A stretch of DNA of 64,000 bases from Candidatus Altiarchaeota archaeon (GTDB lineage: Archaea > Altiarchaeota > Altiarchaeia > IMC4 > SCGC-AAA252-I15): assembly GCA_043800705.1 (NCBI GenBank), contig JAZDMS010000023.1, positions 1 to 64,000 on the forward strand, written 5' to 3'. Both the position numbers and the translations under genes were made by a program. The notes under the pieces are model-generated. The model made no database searches and was not told where the DNA came from. It saw nothing but the letters and a program-made list of their open reading frames with translations. This document shows, piece after piece, positions 38,059 to 49,149 of the stretch. The first letter of the stretch is position 1, and each line of letters begins with the position of its first letter.

Positions 38059-39003
38059 TCAGTTCTTACCCTTCACCGCATCCTTTGCGGCTTTGAATAT
38101 GTCCGCTGCCGTGAGGTTGAATCTTACAAGCAGGTCTCTACTGTCCCCTGATTTGCCGAAGCGGTCCCTGATGCCGATCCTGCGAAGAGGCGCGGGATAT
38201 TCCTCTGCAAGGACTTCCGAGACCGCGCTTCCGAGACCTCCGATGATGCTGTGCTCTTCTACAGTCACGATGGCACCAGTGTCCTTGGCTGCCTTGACGA
38301 CGGTCTTGACATCCATGGGCTTTATTGTGTGCATGTCGACGATCCTGGCGTTTAACCCCTCATTCTTCAGCTCTTGCCAGGCCCTGATGCATTCCTGAAG
38401 CAGGTAGCCGCATCCGATGATCGTAACGTCGGAGCCGTCCTGGAGCGTGATCGGCTCGTCTGTGTCATGGTCGAAGGTCTCGTAGATGGTTGGGCTCTTC
38501 TCCCTTGTAAGCCTGATATAGACCGGGCCCTTATACCTGGCCGCAGCCCTTATGAGCGCCCTTGTCTCGTTCGCGTCCGAGGGGACCTGCACCTTCATCC
38601 CCGGAATCACCCTCATCAGGGCGAGGTCCTCTATTATCTGGTGCGATGCGCCGTCCTTCCCGACAGTTATTCCCGCATGCGTGAGCACGATCTTGACGTT
38701 GAGGCTGTCGTACGCTATCGTGTTCCTGATCTGCTCCCATGCGCGGCCCGCCCCGAACATGGCGAACGCGCTTGCAAACACGGTCTTCCCCGAGAGTGCC
38801 AATCCGGCGGACATCCCCATGAGGTTCTGCTCCGCGACCCCGACGTTGAAGAACCTGTCCGGGAATTGTTTTGCGAACATGCACGTCTGCGTCGACGAGC
38901 TGAGGTCCGCATCTAGGACGACGATGTTCGCGTCCTCTTTCCCGAGCTCTACGAGCGTCTTCCCGTAGGCCTCCCTCGTGTGTTCCGGCTTTCCTAGGTT
39001 CAT
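38059..39003 (-). CDS. Transketolase, C-terminal subunit
   Basis: GVAEQN, DGASHQ and EEHSIIGGLG motifs; ATGA overlap at 39000-39003. Confidence 0.93.
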   Translation of the reverse strand: MNLGKPEHTREAYGKTLVELGKEDANIVVLDADLSSSTQTCMFAKQFPDRFFNVGVAEQNLMGMSAGLALSGKTVFASAFAMFGAGRAWEQIRNTIAYDSLNVKIVLTHAGITVGKDGASHQIIEDLALMRVIPGMKVQVPSDANETRALIRAAARYKGPVYIRLTREKSPTIYETFDHDTDEPITLQDGSDVTIIGCGYLLQECIRAWQELKNEGLNARIVDMHTIKPMDVKTVVKAAKDTGAIVTVEEHSIIGGLGSAVSEVLAEEYPAPLRRIGIRDRFGKSGDSRDLLVRFNLTAADIFKAAKDAVKGKN

Positions 39004-39815
39004 GTCAGCTCCTTGAGTGCCGCGCATAGCTGCTCCTTGGTGAGCGGCTTGCCGTGGAATTCGCAGACGTTCTCCATGAAGGAGACGCCTTTGCCCTTGG
39101 TCGTCAGCGCGATTATTGCTGTCGGGGCGCCCTTGAGCATCTGCGCCTGGTCGAGGGCGTTCATTATCTCCCTTATCTGGTGGCCGTTGATGGTCAGTAC
39201 GTTGAATCCGAAACTCGCCCACTTATCCGCTATCGGCTCGATGGACATGACCTCCTCGGTCGAGCCGTCTATCTGGAGGCTGTTTCTGTCCACGATCACG
39301 CAGAGGTTGTCGAGCTTGTAATGGGACGCGGCCATCGCGGCCTCCCACACCTGCCCCTCCTGGCATTCGCCGTCTCCTAGGAGTGCGTACACCCTGTGGT
39401 CCTTCTTGTCGAGCTTCCCCGCCGCGGCGATCCCGCATGCGATGCTCAGTCCCTGGCCCAGGGACCCCGTCGATGCGTCCGCGCCCGGCACGCTCTTGTG
39501 GCTGGGGTGGCCTTCGAGGAAGCTGTTGACGTTCCTGAATTTGTTCAGCTCGGATTTGGGGAAGTAGCCGCACTCCGCCAATACGCTGTAGAGGGCCGGC
39601 GACGCATGGCCTTTCGACAGTATGAACCTGTCCCTGTCCGGCCAGTCGGGCTCGATTGGGCGGTGGCGCATCTTGTAGAAGTAGAGCGTGACGATGATGT
39701 CGAGGGCTGACATGCTGCCGCCCGGGTGCCCCGAACCGGCTTCGGTCGTCATCTCGAGGATGTGCTTCTTCACCTGCTTCGACTTGGACCTCAATGTCTC
39801 GACGATATCTCCCAT
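39000..39815 (-). CDS. Transketolase, N-terminal (TPP-binding) subunit
   Basis: SGHPGG, DRFILSKGH, TGSLGQG and GDGE motifs. Confidence 0.94.
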   Translation of the reverse strand: MGDIVETLRSKSKQVKKHILEMTTEAGSGHPGGSMSALDIIVTLYFYKMRHRPIEPDWPDRDRFILSKGHASPALYSVLAECGYFPKSELNKFRNVNSFLEGHPSHKSVPGADASTGSLGQGLSIACGIAAAGKLDKKDHRVYALLGDGECQEGQVWEAAMAASHYKLDNLCVIVDRNSLQIDGSTEEVMSIEPIADKWASFGFNVLTINGHQIREIMNALDQAQMLKGAPTAIIALTTKGKGVSFMENVCEFHGKPLTKEQLCAALKELT

Positions 39816-39908
39816 GCCAACCACGACGATAATATACCGAAAGAGGCGATAAAAGCCTTCAAAACAGGCAACCCCTCGTAATCAAAGGTATGATACCGTA
39901 TGAGCGGT

Positions 39909-40565
39909 TCAGATTATTCCCCGAAGTTCAGTTACTGCGGCTTTGAGCCCTTTCGGGTGCCTGAACAGGTATGAGCCTGCAACGAAGACGTCGCATCCCG
40001 CCTCGGATATTGCATTCGCGGTCTTGTCGTTGACTCCGCCGTCGACTTCTATGAGGGTTTTCAGTTTTCGGTTTTCAGTTTCCCTCTTCGCCTTCCTGAT
40101 TTTGTCGAGGACTTTCAGGTCGAATTTCTGTCCGCCGAAACCGGGGTTGACCCCCATTACCAGGACGAGGTCTAGTTGCGGCAGAAGCGGCAGAATTTTT
40201 TCGATTGGTGTTTCAGGGTTGATTGAGACACCGGCTTTGGCCCCTGCCTTTTTTATCTCATCGATGCATGCCTGTAGGTCGGTGCATGCTTCGCTGTGGA
40301 CGGTTATCAGGTCCGCCCCCGCCTTCTTGAACGCTTTGATGTAGCGGATGGGGTCGAGTACCATCAGGTGGACGTCGAAGAGGAGGTCCGATGCGGGCCT
40401 AATGGATTCGAGGACCGGTATTCCGAAGCTGATGTTAGGGACGAAGCACCCGTCCATTACGTCGAAGTGTATCCACTCTACGCCGGCAGACTTCGCGGAT
40501 TTCAGCTCCTCCCCGAGCCTTGCGAAGTCCGCGGACAGTATCGAAGCCGCCACGATCTTATCCAT
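39909..40565 (-). CDS. rpe: Ribulose-phosphate 3-epimerase
   Basis: SILSADF, HFDVMDG.FVPN, NPGFGGQ and EVDGG motifs. Confidence 0.95.
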   Translation of the reverse strand: MDKIVAASILSADFARLGEELKSAKSAGVEWIHFDVMDGCFVPNISFGIPVLESIRPASDLLFDVHLMVLDPIRYIKAFKKAGADLITVHSEACTDLQACIDEIKKAGAKAGVSINPETPIEKILPLLPQLDLVLVMGVNPGFGGQKFDLKVLDKIRKAKRETENRKLKTLIEVDGGVNDKTANAISEAGCDVFVAGSYLFRHPKGLKAAVTELRGII

Positions 40566-41481
40566 TCCTCACCCATTCCACGGTCTTCCCTATCCCCTCC
40601 TTGAGGGAAGTTTTCGGCCTCCACTTCAGCTCCTTCTTTGCGAGGCCGATGTCGAGGTATATGTTCCTGACCTCTCCGGGGACTGCGGCGGCGTTCTTCG
40701 GTTTCACGTTCGCCCCCGTAGCTTCGATGAGCCTCCTCGTTATCTCGTTGACGGATGTCTCCCTGCCTGACCCGATGTTGTATGCATTCGCATTCCCCTT
40801 CCTTTTCAGGGCTGCGAGGTTCGCCTTTGCGACGTCGCCCACGTAGCAGAAGTCCCGTGTCTGCCTTCCGTCGCCCCATATGACCGGCTGGCGGCCTTCT
40901 GACAGGAGTCCGGTGAATATCGCGACGACTCCCGCCTCTCCGAGGGGGTCCTGCCTTGGGCCGTATACGTTGCCGTATCTGACGATGTTGTGGTCGAGTC
41001 CGTAGAGGTTGCCGTACATCTGGACGTATTTCTCGACCGCGTACTTGGATGCGCCGTAGGGGCACAGGGGGCTTACCGGGTGTTCCTCGTCGCATGGGAG
41101 ATACTTCGGCTCACCGTATATCGCGCCGCCTGATGAGGCGTAGACTAACTTCCCGATCCCGTGTTTCCTGCATGATTCGAGGAGGTTGATGGACCCAAGG
41201 ACGTTGACTGAGGCGTCGTATCCGGGCTCCCTTATGCTCCTTCGGACGTCTATCTGCGCCGCAAGGTGGATGACGCTGTCGGGCTTCTCCTTCCTGAAGA
41301 GCGCGTCCAGCTTCGGGGAGCATAAGTCGACCCTGTGGAATGCGGCGGCTTTGTTGATGTTCCCCCTTTTTCCTGTGGAGAGGTTGTCGGCGACTGCGAC
41401 GTCGAATCCCTCTTCTAACAGCAGGTCCACGGTGTTGGAGCCTATGAATCCCGCACCGCCCGTCACCAGGGCCTTCGTCAC
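40558..41481 (-). CDS. NAD-dependent epimerase, UDP-glucose 4-epimerase-like
   Basis: [22 protein letters not shown] and NVYGPRQ motifs; GTG start overlaps the upstream stop. Confidence 0.88.
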   Translation of the reverse strand: MTKALVTGGAGFIGSNTVDLLLEEGFDVAVADNLSTGKRGNINKAAAFHRVDLCSPKLDALFRKEKPDSVIHLAAQIDVRRSIREPGYDASVNVLGSINLLESCRKHGIGKLVYASSGGAIYGEPKYLPCDEEHPVSPLCPYGASKYAVEKYVQMYGNLYGLDHNIVRYGNVYGPRQDPLGEAGVVAIFTGLLSEGRQPVIWGDGRQTRDFCYVGDVAKANLAALKRKGNANAYNIGSGRETSVNEITRRLIEATGANVKPKNAAAVPGEVRNIYLDIGLAKKELKWRPKTSLKEGIGKTVEWVRNG

Positions 41482-42413
41482 ACTCCGACCTCCTTGAAGT
41501 ACTCTATGGTCCTCTTCAGTCCTTCCTTCAGCTTCACCTTCGGCTCCCATTTGAGGAGTTTTTTCGCGAGCGTGATGTCGGGGCAGCGTTGTTTTGGGTC
41601 GTCCTTCGGCAGGGCCTTGTATGCGATCTTCGACTTCGAACCCGTCAGCTCGAGGACGAGGTCCGCAAGTTCGAGCATGTTGAATTCGCCGGGGTTGCCG
41701 ACGTTGACGGGCTCATGGTAGTCGCTTTTCATGAGCCTCCATATCCCTTCGACCTCGTCTTCGATGTAGCAGAAGCTCCTCGTCTGGCGTCCGTCGCCGA
41801 ACACCGTCAGGTCCTCCCCGCGGAGGGCCTCCGAAATGAATGCCGGCACGACCCTCCCGTCTTTGGCCCTCATCCTCGGGCCGTAGGTGTTGAATATCCG
41901 GACGATCCTCGTGTCGATCCCGTGCGTGCGGTGGTAGGCCATTACGAGGGCCTCGCTGAACCTCTTCGCCTCGTCGTAGACGCTTCTTGGGCCAATGGGG
42001 TTGACGTTGCCCCAGTAGGATTCCGGCTGCGGGTGCACGTGTGGGTCTCCGTAGACCTCCGACGTCGACGCCTGCAGGTATTTCGCCCCTTTGGCCTTCG
42101 CGAGGCCGAGGGTGTTCAGCGTCCCGAGGGAGTCGACCTTCAATGTCTGTATGGGAAGCTGGAGATAGTCTATGGGGCTTGCGGGGCACGCGAAGTGGAG
42201 TATGCAGTCCAACTCGCCTTCGAGGCTGATGTGCCTGCTGACGTCGTGGTTGATGAACAGGAACCTGTCGTTCCCCTCGAGGTGCCGGATGTTCCTCATG
42301 TTGCCTGTGATGAGGTTGTCCATGCAGACGACCTCGAAGCCTTCCGACAACAACCGGTCGCACAGGTGCGAACCGAGGAATCCCGCGCCGCCGGTTACCA
42401 GTGCGCGCTTCAT
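41478..42413 (-). CDS. UDP-glucuronate decarboxylase (UDP-xylose synthase family)
   Basis: [34 protein letters not shown] and [10 protein letters not shown]. Confidence 0.92.
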   Translation of the reverse strand: MKRALVTGGAGFLGSHLCDRLLSEGFEVVCMDNLITGNMRNIRHLEGNDRFLFINHDVSRHISLEGELDCILHFACPASPIDYLQLPIQTLKVDSLGTLNTLGLAKAKGAKYLQASTSEVYGDPHVHPQPESYWGNVNPIGPRSVYDEAKRFSEALVMAYHRTHGIDTRIVRIFNTYGPRMRAKDGRVVPAFISEALRGEDLTVFGDGRQTRSFCYIEDEVEGIWRLMKSDYHEPVNVGNPGEFNMLELADLVLELTGSKSKIAYKALPKDDPKQRCPDITLAKKLLKWEPKVKLKEGLKRTIEYFKEVGV

Positions 42414-43288
42414 CTGAACTTCGCCTCGATGGCCTTCAGGTCCAGGCTGGAGAGGTATTCCTTGAGCTTCTGCCCTATCTCGGGGTGTATGGTCCCGTAC
42501 TCTATAGCGGCCTTCATGTACTCGTACTTGTTTCCGAGATCGTACCTGACGCCTTCGAACTCCCAGCCGTACATCGCCTGCTCCCTGTTCAACAGCCTCA
42601 GGCCGTCTGTGAGCTGTATCTCCCCACCGGCGCCCTTCCTAGTCTTCTTGAGCTTCTCGAAGATGTCAGCGGTGAGCACGTATCTGCCGATTATGCCAAG
42701 GTCGCTTGGCGCCTTGTCGGCATCGGGCTTTTCGACGAGGTCCCTTATCCTGTGCAGGCCCCTCACGTTGTCGGCGGGGTCTATGACTCCGTAGCTCGAT
42801 ATCCTCGTCTTCGGGACCTTCTCCACCGCGATGATGGAGCCCTTGTACTCATCGTACATGTCGAAAAGCTGCTTCGTGCACGGAGTCTTAGAAAACACTA
42901 TGTCGTCTCCGAGGAGGACTGCGAAAGCCTCGTCGCCTACGTGTTTTTCCGCCCTAAGGATGGCGTGGCCGAGGCCCAACGCCTCCTTCTGCCTAATGTA
43001 ATGGAGGTCGACCATGTCCGCGATGCCCTCCATCTGCCTCTTTAGGTCCTCCTTGCCGCTCTTCTCCAGGGCCTCCTCCAACTCGTGGCTCCTGTCAAAA
43101 TGGTCCTCGATGGCCCTTTTCCCGCGGCCTGTGATTATCAGTATGTCGTCTATGCCAGATGCGACGCATTCCTCCACGACGAACTGGATGCTGGGTTTGT
43201 CCACAAGCGGCAGCATCTCCTTCGGCTGGCTCTTCGTCGCAGGCAGAAATCGGGTTCCAAGGCCTGCTGCAGGGATTACGGCTTTCAT
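42410..43288 (-). CDS. galU: UTP--glucose-1-phosphate uridylyltransferase
   Basis: [29 protein letters not shown] and GEIQLTD motifs. Confidence 0.95.
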   Translation of the reverse strand: MKAVIPAAGLGTRFLPATKSQPKEMLPLVDKPSIQFVVEECVASGIDDILIITGRGKRAIEDHFDRSHELEEALEKSGKEDLKRQMEGIADMVDLHYIRQKEALGLGHAILRAEKHVGDEAFAVLLGDDIVFSKTPCTKQLFDMYDEYKGSIIAVEKVPKTRISSYGVIDPADNVRGLHRIRDLVEKPDADKAPSDLGIIGRYVLTADIFEKLKKTRKGAGGEIQLTDGLRLLNREQAMYGWEFEGVRYDLGNKYEYMKAAIEYGTIHPEIGQKLKEYLSSLDLKAIEAKFR

Positions 43289-43424
43289 GGGGATAACATA
43301 TACCCCCCCACTTTTTAAATACTCCACTGCCTTGGCGGATTCCGAAACAGGGTCCAGGACCGCCCCCATGGGTTACCGCAGGGAAACCGACGCGGATTAT
43401 AATATGTTACTCCAAGTTACTAAC

Positions 43425-44000
43425 ATGGGTGTCGTAATGGTCGGGATAGACTTCGACGGGACCATCTGCGACACCGGCTTTCTGAAGCGCGAATACGTCC
43501 TGGAAAAGAAGGGCATCAGTATAGAATCCTGGGAGGCCAACAGGACAGTCCTGACGGAGGATAGAAAGATCCTCACCGAAGCGGAATACGACCTGATGAT
43601 CCAGGAGGTCTGCAGCAGGGAATGCACCCTATCCGCAGGACCAGTCGACGGCGCCAAGGAATCCATCACGCTGCTTTCCAAAGACTACTCCCTCTACGTC
43701 GTAACGGAAAGAAGCGGCCCGATGCTATCCGCAGCCGTCGAATGGATGCATAAAAACGGCATGTCCGGCTTCGTTAGCGGATACGTTTCCTCAAAGATGC
43801 AGAATGCATCAAAGGTCGAACTTTGCCGGCAGATGTGCATAAGCCACCTCATCGAAGATGACCCCGGCCACTTCCGCAAAAGCGACGACTCCGTGACGGG
43901 GATACTCCTGAAAGGCGGGGGGGAGGAAATCAGCCCCGACCCTTCCCTGAGGCATGCCAAGGACTGGAACGAGGCTGTAGGGCATTTGCTGCGGGAATAG
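43425..44000 (+). CDS. HAD-superfamily phosphatase (5'(3')-nucleotidase-like)
   Basis: IDFDGTI motif I, VVT motif II, K and IEDD motifs III/IV. Confidence 0.8.
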   Translation: MGVVMVGIDFDGTICDTGFLKREYVLEKKGISIESWEANRTVLTEDRKILTEAEYDLMIQEVCSRECTLSAGPVDGAKESITLLSKDYSLYVVTERSGPMLSAAVEWMHKNGMSGFVSGYVSSKMQNASKVELCRQMCISHLIEDDPGHFRKSDDSVTGILLKGGGEEISPDPSLRHAKDWNEAVGHLLRE

Positions 44001-44098
44001 ACCCCCCGATCCGGTACCTCCAGTTCATGTTCCGCAATCCTCCTCACCTATTTATTCACATACCTCAGAGATGTTTATGGAGATAACATACGTCTGCA

Positions 44099-47000
44099 AT
44101 GCCATCCAATGCTGAGAAGACCATCCAGAGTAGGCAGAATGCGGAAATGCTCGAAAGAAGCTTAGCCGATCTGTCCCAAGAGCTGATGCAGAAGGGATAC
44201 TTCGACAACCTAAAGGTCAGGGTGCCTGCGAGGGAGTTTTTCAGGAAATACGGTCGTCCTGAGACATATGGCCGTGTGGCCGAGGACCTCAGGGAGAACG
44301 GAATCGACATAGAGTCCGCGGAAGTGAACTTCCTTGACACGATAGCGCCGATCCTCAAGCCCGGGGAATTCGAGTCCCTGAGCAAGTCGAAGCGTGTGAC
44401 GCATGCGATCAACGTCTACCGCCCTGGGGAACAGGCTCCATGCAGGCAGTACTATACCAAGATACCCAATACCGCGGAAGAGCCACAACGGAGCCTGATA
44501 GCGATGGATGCAGGCCTTGGGCCGAAGGTCCTCCTTGCCGAATCCATCCCCTTCGGGGGGGACGAGGACAAGCCGGCTGGCATGATAATAGAGGAGCGGA
44601 TGGAGCGGGGCGGCAGCCTCATGGACCGGGGCAGATACCTCGACCAGGGGCTAATGGATGAGCAAAGACAGTCCCTATTCGGGAAATCAGAGGTCGAGAT
44701 ACTTGGCGAGAGGCTCGCGGAAAAGGTCGACACGATGGTGAATGTAGGCCTGCTCTACGATTTCTCCCACAACCCGGACACTCACATCAGATTGAAGGGC
44801 AGGGGGGCCAAAATGGACCTCGTGTTGTTGGATTGGAGCAACTCCCGCAAGATAGACGTCTCCACGATGGACTACGAGACAGCCAAGGAGATGCTGGCAT
44901 CCCAGATAAAATATCTCATCCGACTATTCCACACGAAGCCTCCGCACTCGAAAAACCACCTGGCTCTTAGGGCGTTCGACAGGAGGCTGAGGGAGCTTGG
45001 AAACCAGACCACAGGCACTGTCAGGCTGGGCGGCCAGACCGCCTCAATAAAGAAGACGCTATACGACGAGGCGCTCGATCGGACCCGGGCCATGCTCGTG
45101 ACAGGAACCGACGTCAGCCACAGGACGCACATGCGAAGGCTTTACGATTATGCCGAAGGTAAGCTCACGCCAGACAAGACGGATTATACGGAGCGGGAGG
45201 CCGCGATACACGACAAGACCCAGCTCATATACCAGAGGCTCGAGGAGTCTGGCGTCCCGTGGGTGCGGGACGAGTCCATGGCACGGGCCATAGCGCAGAA
45301 CATCCTGGACCGCACGAACCTCGACGAGTTCAGGGCATATGACTTCAAAACATACCATAGCCAGTCAAACCAGCAGGTATACCTCAAGGTTCACTCGAGG
45401 GAGAAGGAATGGCTCACGGACCCGCCACTCGGATTGCAAAGCTGGGGCGAATATGCCCACCGCAGGGGGGGCCTCCAATACCGCATGAGGGTATGCAAAA
45501 GCGAACGGGAGGCCGAGAACCTCACGTTCGCAGGTGCGCAGGGCCTCAGCCCATGCATTATGCGGATCGAAAAGGACGAGAAGAGGGTGCTTGCTGAGGT
45601 ATTGGACCATGACACGAGCATCGACCTATGCGGGCCCCTGCTGAGCCGCGTCGAATCCGCAAAAGTCGGAACACGGTTGGCGATGAAGCTGGCGATGATG
45701 ACGCGCGAGGGGGAACGCCTCCCCTACTGCCCCAGGGACTACCCGAAACAATTACTACTGCCAATAGACCAACGGGGAATCGACGTCCTGTTCGCGCCCT
45801 GGGTCAAGACTAGCGATTCCTCGGATCCGAAATGGCATGACCAGGTTGTCGGCCATATCCGGGGCATAGCATCCGTTTGCAGGCAGAATATCGCCCACGG
45901 GGACATAGCGTGGAAGAGGTTCGAGACATGCCTGAGGGAGGAAGCCCCCATCGAGGCCCCCCGGATGGATTTTTTCTCAAATGCCATCGACCAAGCAAAG
46001 CAATCCCTCACCTCAGGCGGCCAGGAAAATGACGAATGGGCGGCCTTCTTCGAAAAGGCGAAGACCGCCACATATCTGAAGCCCAAAAGGAGAAAGCAGC
46101 AGACGACCTGGATAGAGCTTCTGGAACGGGACAACCTGTCAAGATGCGTCCCGACAACGTACTCGACGGCGACATTGAAGAAGGCCAAGGGGTTGGACAA
46201 GCTCATAACCCTGGCGGTAGAGCACCTGGTCAAATCCGGCAAAGTCGACGACGTGCAGGCCGACGCATCCCATGTGCACGTGTTCATACCGGATGAAAGG
46301 GATGCCGAGCTCAGGGTCAAGCTGGGGCTTGAAGACCTACGGGCGGGATACATAGTCTTCGACCTCTATCAGGTCTCCCGCAGGAAGTCCACCCGCCCGT
46401 TCAAGGCGGCGGCATTCCGCTTCTCCTCGAAGACAGTTCTGGGCGAAGTGGGATATTTTCAGACGATGGCCGACTTCAGGGCAGAGCATCGGGACCTCGT
46501 CGATCCTCCTGCGCTCAGGGGATACATCGTGGACGGGACGACGAGGCGGATCGGGGGCGAGTCGGTGGGGGTATGGTGGGACAGGACATACTTCGGTCAG
46601 ATGCCAGCGTCGATGGCGGTCAAGAGAGTAGCCGACCTCCAAGCCGACGATGCCAACCACCTGAAGAGGGAATTGGAGATGGAGCGCGCATGGATGAGGT
46701 TCCTGACGATCACCAGGGACTCGTACACCAACTGGCACACCATCATATCCCGGTGCAAGAAGGCCGTGGATGACCAGAACCCAGGCGCGGAGCCGGGAAT
46801 AACCGAGGCCCAGTACAACCTTGTCGTGGGTTTGGAGAGGGATACCCGGAAGAACCGCCCGTTCGGCCTCACCGCCATAGCGGACCCCAACTGCGAGCGG
46901 ATAGTGGACTTCTCGCCTCAGGAGCCGGGCCCGGGGTTCGGGTTCTACAAGCAGTACGGACTTGAGGAGCTATTGGACAAGACAATCGAAAACTGCAATC

Positions 47001-48763
47001 CAGACTTCACAACTAACATCAAGAAGATGCTTCGCGCCCAGGAAGTCATGGACAAGGTCAGGGCAGCTGAGATCGAGGCGGGAAAACCCCTCGATGACCG
47101 GGCCGTGGAAGAGATCGCGAAGCAGGTGAACGAGCCGCAGCTTGCCGGGAATAAGCCGAGCGATTACATAACGAACGTCGTCTTCATGCAAAACGGCAGC
47201 AACTACGTTGTCGAGATGGAGGTGATGCTGAAGGACGGGCAGAAGCGGAAGCTGATAGTCAAACACACGGACATATTGGCGGAAGCCTACATGTCCATCC
47301 TCGGAGCCCACTGCGGCATCCGCACGCCATTCGTCAGGCAATGCGACCAGAACTACGGACTGCAGTCCATCTGTCCCGGTACCAGGTTCGCAGACCTAAC
47401 TCCGGAGACGGTCCAAACCTACGCGCAGGACATCTACCACATTCTCGGCCACAATTTTGGGGTAAGCGGCATATTCGGCGACGGCCACGATAAAAACACC
47501 TTCCTCGTCACCGGCGATATTGCTGCGAACTGGAGGGGATACAGGATAGACACCGAACACAGGACATGCTGCTTCGACATCGGCGAAGCCGGATACCTAT
47601 ACGAGGCCAACAACGCGGAGAATACCCTGAAAGGCCTGTGGATGGACCCTCTGCAGAGGTTCAAACACTGGCCGTTCTTCCAGGACGGGATCCTTTCACT
47701 GTCGACAATCCTCCACAGCAACGGCGGCATGCAGAAGGCCCTGGAAGTCCTTGAGGAGATGAGGAAGGACCCGCGTATCATGATCCCCGAGGGCACGCCG
47801 GAGGCCGACCTGCAAAAGACGAAGCGGCACCAATACCAGCCGGAGGAGATAGACGAATACAAAAGGAGGCTTCAGCTCACGCCGGACCAGCTGGAAGGTA
47901 GGTTCAACCGGGTCGCGGTAGCGGTCGAGGACATACAGATGGCAAGCTATCCGGACCAGAAAAACCTCCTACCAAGGCACCACCTGATCCACATCAACAC
48001 CCTACTGGAACAGATCCTTCCGGAAAACGGGCAGATCAAGCCCGAGGAGATCCTCTCGACGAGCAACAAGCGGACCAACTCCATCAAGGCATACCTCCTT
48101 GGGATGACCTATGCGGTAGAGACGCTCCTCGGGGATGTCGATGTCACATACGAGGGCGAGATAGGGTCACTAAGCCCCGGCGTCCGTGCGGCAGTCAGAC
48201 GACTGTCCATGTTCGGTCTTCCTGAAAAGATGCAGAAGAACCGAGCAGAGAACTGGGTAAAACAATACGTGATCAGCCGGGAACTGATGGACAAGGCGGC
48301 AGAGGAGAGGAGTCAGGACACGACTCCCGCCAGGGGAAGGATAATGGCGCAGATAAAGAAAATGACTGGGGAGCGGGCGTCGCTGTGGGAGGTGAACGAC
48401 ATGATCGGGGCATATGCCGGATCCAGGTCCGCTGGCGAGAACGACCTTCGTGACTTCATCGACGGCGCCAACCTCGTCATGGGATGGGTCAGGGAGAGCG
48501 TAAACAGCGTCGCGAAGAACGCCCGCCGTGTCGGCATAGACGACGCCAATGCGATGAGGGAGAGGATAAAGGAGCCGGTAGAGGATAACCTGAGGGAGGC
48601 GCTCGAATTCATGCGCGAAAACGCCCTCGACTTCAGGCGTGTGCACCCATACGAGCAGCTCGTGTTCAAACCCGCCGGATATTACCTGCTCAAATGCTCC
48701 TCGGCCGAAAGGGCTGAGGTCGCTCCCTACATGAGGGAGCTGAAGGAGGTGTGCAGGCGATGA
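44099..48763 (+). CDS. 1554-aa protein with two tandem atypical kinase-like repeats and a PI3/4-kinase/HipA-like domain
   Basis: Internal repeat (GLGPKVL vs GLSPCIM; GERLAEK vs GTRLAMK; FDRRLRE vs FETCLRE). C-terminal part has LIVK..AE..GIRTP..GDGHDKN..FDIG. Confidence 0.6.
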   Translation: MPSNAEKTIQSRQNAEMLERSLADLSQELMQKGYFDNLKVRVPAREFFRKYGRPETYGRVAEDLRENGIDIESAEVNFLDTIAPILKPGEFESLSKSKRVTHAINVYRPGEQAPCRQYYTKIPNTAEEPQRSLIAMDAGLGPKVLLAESIPFGGDEDKPAGMIIEERMERGGSLMDRGRYLDQGLMDEQRQSLFGKSEVEILGERLAEKVDTMVNVGLLYDFSHNPDTHIRLKGRGAKMDLVLLDWSNSRKIDVSTMDYETAKEMLASQIKYLIRLFHTKPPHSKNHLALRAFDRRLRELGNQTTGTVRLGGQTASIKKTLYDEALDRTRAMLVTGTDVSHRTHMRRLYDYAEGKLTPDKTDYTEREAAIHDKTQLIYQRLEESGVPWVRDESMARAIAQNILDRTNLDEFRAYDFKTYHSQSNQQVYLKVHSREKEWLTDPPLGLQSWGEYAHRRGGLQYRMRVCKSEREAENLTFAGAQGLSPCIMRIEKDEKRVLAEVLDHDTSIDLCGPLLSRVESAKVGTRLAMKLAMMTREGERLPYCPRDYPKQLLLPIDQRGIDVLFAPWVKTSDSSDPKWHDQVVGHIRGIASVCRQNIAHGDIAWKRFETCLREEAPIEAPRMDFFSNAIDQAKQSLTSGGQENDEWAAFFEKAKTATYLKPKRRKQQTTWIELLERDNLSRCVPTTYSTATLKKAKGLDKLITLAVEHLVKSGKVDDVQADASHVHVFIPDERDAELRVKLGLEDLRAGYIVFDLYQVSRRKSTRPFKAAAFRFSSKTVLGEVGYFQTMADFRAEHRDLVDPPALRGYIVDGTTRRIGGESVGVWWDRTYFGQMPASMAVKRVADLQADDANHLKRELEMERAWMRFLTITRDSYTNWHTIISRCKKAVDDQNPGAEPGITEAQYNLVVGLERDTRKNRPFGLTAIADPNCERIVDFSPQEPGPGFGFYKQYGLEELLDKTIENCNPDFTTNIKKMLRAQEVMDKVRAAEIEAGKPLDDRAVEEIAKQVNEPQLAGNKPSDYITNVVFMQNGSNYVVEMEVMLKDGQKRKLIVKHTDILAEAYMSILGAHCGIRTPFVRQCDQNYGLQSICPGTRFADLTPETVQTYAQDIYHILGHNFGVSGIFGDGHDKNTFLVTGDIAANWRGYRIDTEHRTCCFDIGEAGYLYEANNAENTLKGLWMDPLQRFKHWPFFQDGILSLSTILHSNGGMQKALEVLEEMRKDPRIMIPEGTPEADLQKTKRHQYQPEEIDEYKRRLQLTPDQLEGRFNRVAVAVEDIQMASYPDQKNLLPRHHLIHINTLLEQILPENGQIKPEEILSTSNKRTNSIKAYLLGMTYAVETLLGDVDVTYEGEIGSLSPGVRAAVRRLSMFGLPEKMQKNRAENWVKQYVISRELMDKAAEERSQDTTPARGRIMAQIKKMTGERASLWEVNDMIGAYAGSRSAGENDLRDFIDGANLVMGWVRESVNSVAKNARRVGIDDANAMRERIKEPVEDNLREALEFMRENALDFRRVHPYEQLVFKPAGYYLLKCSSAERAEVAPYMRELKEVCRR

Positions 48764-49125
48764 ACCGCCAGGCGGAAAAGCCGGAAGAAGCGCTGAAGAT
48801 CGCCGAAAAGATGATAAAGGACGCGTCAGAGGCAATATCATCGGCGGACACGGACGGCCCCTCGGACTACGTCCTTGTGGAATTCGCATATGAGAAGAAA
48901 AAGCCGCAATTCGATGAGGCCGTACAGAGAGCCCTCGAGGGAACGAGCATCCTCAGGAACATGAGGCACGGCAACCACAGCTTCGGCATAGTCGAGCTAT
49001 CGGACGGGAAATCCCCCGAAGTACTATCCTCCTTTCTGAGGTCAATCATGGAGTCCCACCGGCGGGTCTACGTCTTTGTGGGTGATGACAGCCTTTTGTT
49101 CACGGAGGGAGCATCATTAGATTAG
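48760..49125 (+). CDS. Hypothetical protein translationally coupled to the 1554-aa gene
   Basis: ATGA overlap at 48760-48763 and GGAGGT ribosome-binding site. Confidence 0.65.
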   Translation: MNRQAEKPEEALKIAEKMIKDASEAISSADTDGPSDYVLVEFAYEKKKPQFDEAVQRALEGTSILRNMRHGNHSFGIVELSDGKSPEVLSSFLRSIMESHRRVYVFVGDDSLLFTEGASLD

Positions 49126-49149
49126 GCCCGAACGCGCACTGCGCCCAGC

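Noticed and set aside
43014-43424. N-terminal 137 codons of the 328-aa ORF
   Set aside because: Mostly antisense to galU; the HAD motif I begins just after ATG 43425.
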